This document shows positions 28,198 through 32,000 of a DNA stretch of 32,000 nt, piece after piece (the first letter of the stretch is position 1; each line of letters opens with the position of its first letter). Made by a program: the position numbers and the translations under genes. The notes beneath the pieces are model-generated. The model saw nothing but the letters and a program-made list of their open reading frames with translations, was not told the DNA's origin and ran no database searches. The stretch comes from Schaalia odontolytica. GTDB lineage: Bacteria > Actinomycetota > Actinomycetes > Actinomycetales > Actinomycetaceae. The stretch spans positions 1,500,001 through 1,532,000 of the forward strand of contig NZ_CP040006.1 of assembly GCF_005696695.1 (NCBI RefSeq), given 5' to 3'.

Positions 28198-28875
28198 CTA
28201 CTCGCTCGCGCGCAGATGGCCGTCCTCCATGACGTAGCTGCGGTCCGCGAAGCGCTGCGCCTCGGCCTCGTGGGAGACGACGAGGACGGCCGTTCCCCGG
28301 TCGGCGGCATCGCGCAGGAGGGTGAGGACGGCGGTCGCGTTCGCACTATCGAGGCCGGCGGTCGGCTCGTCTGCGACAACGACGGCCGGGTCCATGAGGA
28401 GGGCACGCGCGATCGCCATGCGCCGCAGCTCACCGCCCGACAGCTCGGTGGGCGCAGCATCGGTGAGGTCGCCCAAGCCCACGGCGGCCAGCAGCTCGCG
28501 GGCACGATCCGCGGGCGCCTCGTCCTTGGTGTAGAGGATCGAGGGGAGCAAGACATTGTCGAGGACCGTCAGGGCTCGCAGGGCCGTGTGCCCCTGGGGG
28601 ACGAGGCCGATGCGCTCATTGCGCAGGCGCGAGAGTTCCTCGTCGCGCAGCGAGTACAGGTCCGTGCCGTCCAGTCGTACGTGTCCCGCCGTCGGCGTGA
28701 GGATGCCGGCGAGCATGTTCGCCAGGGTGCTCTTGCCGCTGCCGGAGTGCCCGGAGACGAGGGTCAGCTGCTGTTCCTCCAGGCCGATATCCAGCGGGTG
28801 GACGGCCGTGAAGAGGCGCTTTCCCCCGCGGGCTCGGGCGAATTCTTTCGTGAGTCCCGTTGCCTCGATGATCAT
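28198..28875 (-). CDS. ABC transporter ATP-binding protein (MacB/LolD/FtsE-like)
   Basis: Walker A GHSGSGKST, signature LSGGELRR, Walker B VVVADEPTAGLD and H-loop VSHE. The start lies 1 nt after the upstream permease stop. Confidence 0.9.
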   Translation of the reverse strand: MIIEATGLTKEFARARGGKRLFTAVHPLDIGLEEQQLTLVSGHSGSGKSTLANMLAGILTPTAGHVRLDGTDLYSLRDEELSRLRNERIGLVPQGHTALRALTVLDNVLLPSILYTKDEAPADRARELLAAVGLGDLTDAAPTELSGGELRRMAIARALLMDPAVVVADEPTAGLDSANATAVLTLLRDAADRGTAVLVVSHEAEAQRFADRSYVMEDGHLRASE

Positions 28876-28876
28876 G

Positions 28877-30085
28877 TCATTCCCCTTCCTTGAGGGCCAG
28901 GCTGGCGTCCATTGTCGTCACGTACCGTAGCGCTATCCACGAGGACACGAGGGCGACGAGGCCCACCGACGCGAGCGCTCCCAGCGCGAGCAGCGCCAGA
29001 GTGGGCAGCGACGGGACGAGGAATCCCCCTCCCAGGCTTTGGCGTACGAGGCCGGAGAAGGACACGAGGAGCACACCGGAAACGACGATGCCGCCAATGC
29101 CGCCGAGCGCGTTGACCGCAAGCGCCTCGCGAATGATGATGCGCGAAATCAGACGACGGTGGGCACCGGCGGCGATAAGGGTCGCGAATTCTCTCCTGCG
29201 CTCGACAATCATCAGGACGAACATGAGGGTGATCATGAGCAAGCCGGCTCCCCACGCGACCGCGATGAGGGTGGTGACCGTGCGCGACGTCGTTTCCAAG
29301 GACTGGGCGATACCGCTGACCAGCTTCGTCGAGGTGGCGACCGACACGCCGGGTACCTGCTCACGGATCTGCGCGGCCACGGCCTCGGCGTCGTATCCGG
29401 GTGCCACCTTGACCATGACCGAGGAGATGATGCGGTCGGTTTCGAGCGTCGAGTACTTGTTGAGTCCCTTGCGCAGCGAAGAGTCGATGACCTTCTTTGC
29501 GGTCTCGAAGTTCATGTAGACCGCATTGTCGAGGGTCGATCCGGTCGGGTCAAATTGGCCGACGACCCGCAGGGTGTTGTCGAAGAGCTGGAAGTTCTCC
29601 GGGTCGTTGGCGAGCACGTTGGCGCCGACGATCACCTCATTCTCCCCCAGCTGCGCCTGCCCGACGGCGTCGTTCATCCACGGCTGGATCGTGAAGTCGG
29701 TGGTCGGATCGTAGGCGATCACCTGGTAGCGGCCCGAGCAGCAGCTCGCCCTCGCCGAGGCGAGGAAGAGCTGGGAGGAGGCGGCCTCGACGCCGTCGAC
29801 GGCTGCAACTGCCTCGCGCGTGGACGCATCCATGTAGAAGTACGACGGTTCGGCGTTGACAAGGAAGGTCTGCGCATCGAAGTCGGTGTCGGCCTCGTCG
29901 GGCGTCACCATAATGTCGGCTCCGAGGCGCGACTGGGTCGTGCGCAGGCCGTGTTCGATACCTTGGACGACCAGCGTTCCACCGAAGATCGTCATCGTCA
30001 TAAGCATGGAGAAGAAGATCAGGGTCCCCGTCCGCACGGGGTAGCCGCGCAGGTTCATCCACGGTAGTCGCGACAGCGACAGCAT
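28877..30085 (-). CDS. FtsX/MacB-type ABC permease, subunit 2 (4 TM with a large extracytoplasmic domain between TM1 and TM2)
   Basis: 402 aa. N-terminal TM (TGTLIFFSMLMTMTIFGGTLVV), a soluble loop of about 230 aa, and a C-terminal FtsX-type three-TM block. ATG follows AAGGAGGAA. Confidence 0.85.
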   Translation of the reverse strand: MLSLSRLPWMNLRGYPVRTGTLIFFSMLMTMTIFGGTLVVQGIEHGLRTTQSRLGADIMVTPDEADTDFDAQTFLVNAEPSYFYMDASTREAVAAVDGVEAASSQLFLASARASCCSGRYQVIAYDPTTDFTIQPWMNDAVGQAQLGENEVIVGANVLANDPENFQLFDNTLRVVGQFDPTGSTLDNAVYMNFETAKKVIDSSLRKGLNKYSTLETDRIISSVMVKVAPGYDAEAVAAQIREQVPGVSVATSTKLVSGIAQSLETTSRTVTTLIAVAWGAGLLMITLMFVLMIVERRREFATLIAAGAHRRLISRIIIREALAVNALGGIGGIVVSGVLLVSFSGLVRQSLGGGFLVPSLPTLALLALGALASVGLVALVSSWIALRYVTTMDASLALKEGE

Positions 30086-30112
30086 TGCGTCATTCCTCCT
30101 TGACCGTTGTCC

Positions 30113-31303
30113 CTACACCAGGACAGATTTGTTCCCCGTGGCCGCCCGGCTGACCCGAGCGAGCGCGAGGCGCGTTCCGACGACGCCGACGCAGGTGACG
30201 GCGACTAGTGACAGGCCCGCGAGGGGCAGTGATGTCGCGGGGGTGGCGAGGGTTTTGACGAGGCTCCCGTCCCCCACGAATGGCATGGTCACGGCTGCGA
30301 GGCAAACTCCCACGAGGGCTCCAAACGCGTGAAGCAGGGACGATTCGCTCAGCATGACACGGCTCATGATGGAACGCGATGCCCCGATCGAGCGCCACAC
30401 GGCCAGTTCCTGCATCCGTTCGTTCATGAGGCTCACCTGCACGACGATGAGGGCGCCCAGCAGGACGATCCAGGTCGCTCCCAGGACCCCGATTGCAACC
30501 CCGCGGTGCGCGCGAATGCCCGACGCAGCCCCGACGAGCGCCTCAGTGGCACGCACCGCACTGACCTTGCGCACGTAGAGGTTGATCCAATTGGTAACGC
30601 TCTCGATGGCATCGCTGTCCGAGGCACGCACGAGCGCCGCAGAGTAGTCGGTACGCGGGTCGAGGGAAGCGTCGATGTCCTCCCCCGCCGCGCGCGCGTC
30701 CGCCATCATGTCCGACAGGGTGTCCGTGGAAACGAAGACGGCGTCATCGAGCTCCGAGCCGGTGGTGAGGAGGTGAGCGCCGATCGGGCGCTCACGCCCG
30801 AAGACGGAGAGGCTCTGTCCGTCCGCGCCCGGGACGGCACTGCCGACAAGGACCGAGCCACGCGGCAGCGACGCCCCTTCCCCCTCGGCGATCCAAGGCG
30901 AGAGCGCGAAATCCGTCTCGGGTTCGAAACCAACGATCCACCGGGTGGACCCATCGGCGAGCGTCTCGGACACATAGAGCTGATAGGACACCGCGGCGAT
31001 GTCCTCGTTGGACGACATGCGCGCCAGGGCCGAGCGCCGCTGGTGACAGCCCACGGGGGTCCCGAGCATGAGGAGGCGCTTCTTCTCCACCTGGTTCAGG
31101 CAGGTCGTCGGGTACACGACGAGGTCGGCGCCGAGCCTGCGCTCAGCGAGGGTGAGCTCCGCCCGCATCGCGCCCACGAGGATCAATCCACCGAACACAC
31201 AGGCTGCCTGCGCGAGCGCAAGCACAGCGATGATGAGGGAACGGATGGGATGCGCGCGGATCGTCATGAGGGGAACGCGGCGCAGGGACAGCGCGTTGCT
31301 CAT
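30113..31303 (-). CDS. FtsX/MacB-type ABC permease, subunit 1
   Basis: 396 aa with the same architecture as its neighbour but a divergent sequence. Its ATG at 31303 overlaps the upstream gene's stop (ATGA). Confidence 0.85.
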   Translation of the reverse strand: MSNALSLRRVPLMTIRAHPIRSLIIAVLALAQAACVFGGLILVGAMRAELTLAERRLGADLVVYPTTCLNQVEKKRLLMLGTPVGCHQRRSALARMSSNEDIAAVSYQLYVSETLADGSTRWIVGFEPETDFALSPWIAEGEGASLPRGSVLVGSAVPGADGQSLSVFGRERPIGAHLLTTGSELDDAVFVSTDTLSDMMADARAAGEDIDASLDPRTDYSAALVRASDSDAIESVTNWINLYVRKVSAVRATEALVGAASGIRAHRGVAIGVLGATWIVLLGALIVVQVSLMNERMQELAVWRSIGASRSIMSRVMLSESSLLHAFGALVGVCLAAVTMPFVGDGSLVKTLATPATSLPLAGLSLVAVTCVGVVGTRLALARVSRAATGNKSVLV

Positions 31304-32000
31304 CGGCTCCCCTCACCGGCCCCTTCGACGTTGATCCACAGCGCGGGTCGCACCCCGTACTGCAGGTCGACGTTCGCTCCGCTGAGCGAGGGCACGCCCG
31401 TCGCGTCGACGAATTGCGTCGCGAAACCGTATGTTCCGGGAGAGCGCAGCCACCAGTCTGCCGTGCCGTCCTCGGAGACGCTCAGGGGTCCGGCGGCGGC
31501 GTGAACGCTGGCGGGCGCCGCTCCGATGTCACTACGCGCGGCGGGCGTATTGAGGTAGATGACGCTCTCGGTCTCACTGAGGGCAAAAACCCGATCGTCG
31601 GTCGCGGCTCCGCCGCTTGCGCCGGTGATCGACTGATCCGCATTCTCGTTGTGCACCGTCTCGATGAGCCCGCGCTGAACGGGGGTGAACGCACCCTCGT
31701 AGAAGTCGCCGTTCATCCACGCGCGCAGGTCGGAGTTCTCCCACGTGACCTCCTCGAAGGGCACGTGGTGGTACTGGCGCGCATCGAGGACGTCTGCGCT
31801 CAGGAGCAGGAGTTGGCCGTCGATCTTGTCGAGGACAATCCACTGAATCGGCTCGGGTCCATTCTGGGCGTTTCCGTCCTGCTCGTAGGCCCCGAACTCG
31901 ACGGTGTCGCCCTTGGATACCGAGCGGTACGGCAGCGCGGGATCGGCTTCGACGAGGGCCTGCGCGCGCTGCGCCGCATCACTGTACCCGCCGAGCGCAT
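31300..32000 (-). CDS. DUF6273-domain protein, C-terminal part; the 5' end lies off the window
   Basis: The track starts this ORF at GTG 31764. My translation shows the same frame stays open to the window edge (...SVSKGDTVEFGAYEQDGNAQNGPEPIQWIVLDKIDGQLLLLSADVLDARQYHHVPFEEVTWENSDLRAWMNG...ADWWLRSPG...GVRPALWINV). These are the motifs I associate with DUF6273 (EW.VLD, TWE...LR.WLN, WWLRSPG, GVRPALW). Confidence 0.65.
   Translation of the reverse strand, partial: ALGGYSDAAQRAQALVEADPALPYRSVSKGDTVEFGAYEQDGNAQNGPEPIQWIVLDKIDGQLLLLSADVLDARQYHHVPFEEVTWENSDLRAWMNGDFYEGAFTPVQRGLIETVHNENADQSITGASGGAATDDRVFALSETESVIYLNTPAARSDIGAAPASVHAAAGPLSVSEDGTADWWLRSPGTYGFATQFVDATGVPSLSGANVDLQYGVRPALWINVEGAGEGSR

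Overview
This is a GC-rich, gene-dense chromosomal segment from a high-GC Gram-positive bacterium (Actinomycetota). The fermentative ldh and the gene content suggest an Actinomyces/Schaalia-like organism, but that is only an inference. Most of it is conserved housekeeping synteny known from other actinobacteria: PAC2, helD-like, serA, fadD-like, nrdR, a ChiZ-like LysM gene divergent from lexA, ldh, dinG-hflX, a methyltransferase, dapF, miaA, two YbjN-like genes, miaB, cinA(PncC)-recX-recA, DUF3046, a ClgR-like XRE regulator, pgsA, ftsK, a PfkB kinase and RNase J. At the right edge sits a DUF6273 / FtsX / FtsX / ABC-ATPase operon. By eye I found no rRNA, tRNA, CRISPR array, IS element or prophage gene. 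Four actinobacterial SOS boxes (TCGAAC-N4-GTTCGA type) are readable, three in the lexA/LysM divergent region and one upstream of recA. Several strong convergent-gene hairpins are also readable. Nothing here is an obvious new multi-gene system. The items most worth follow-up are: (1) the translationally coupled DUF6273 + heterodimeric FtsX-permease + ATPase operon; (2) a fatty-acyl-CoA ligase with a tandem 29-aa/11-aa repeat tail; (3) a roughly 270-nt orphan structured region between two convergent terminators with mutually exclusive pairings. Many long ORFs in the supplied track are antisense or N-terminally over-extended artefacts of high GC content and were not called.
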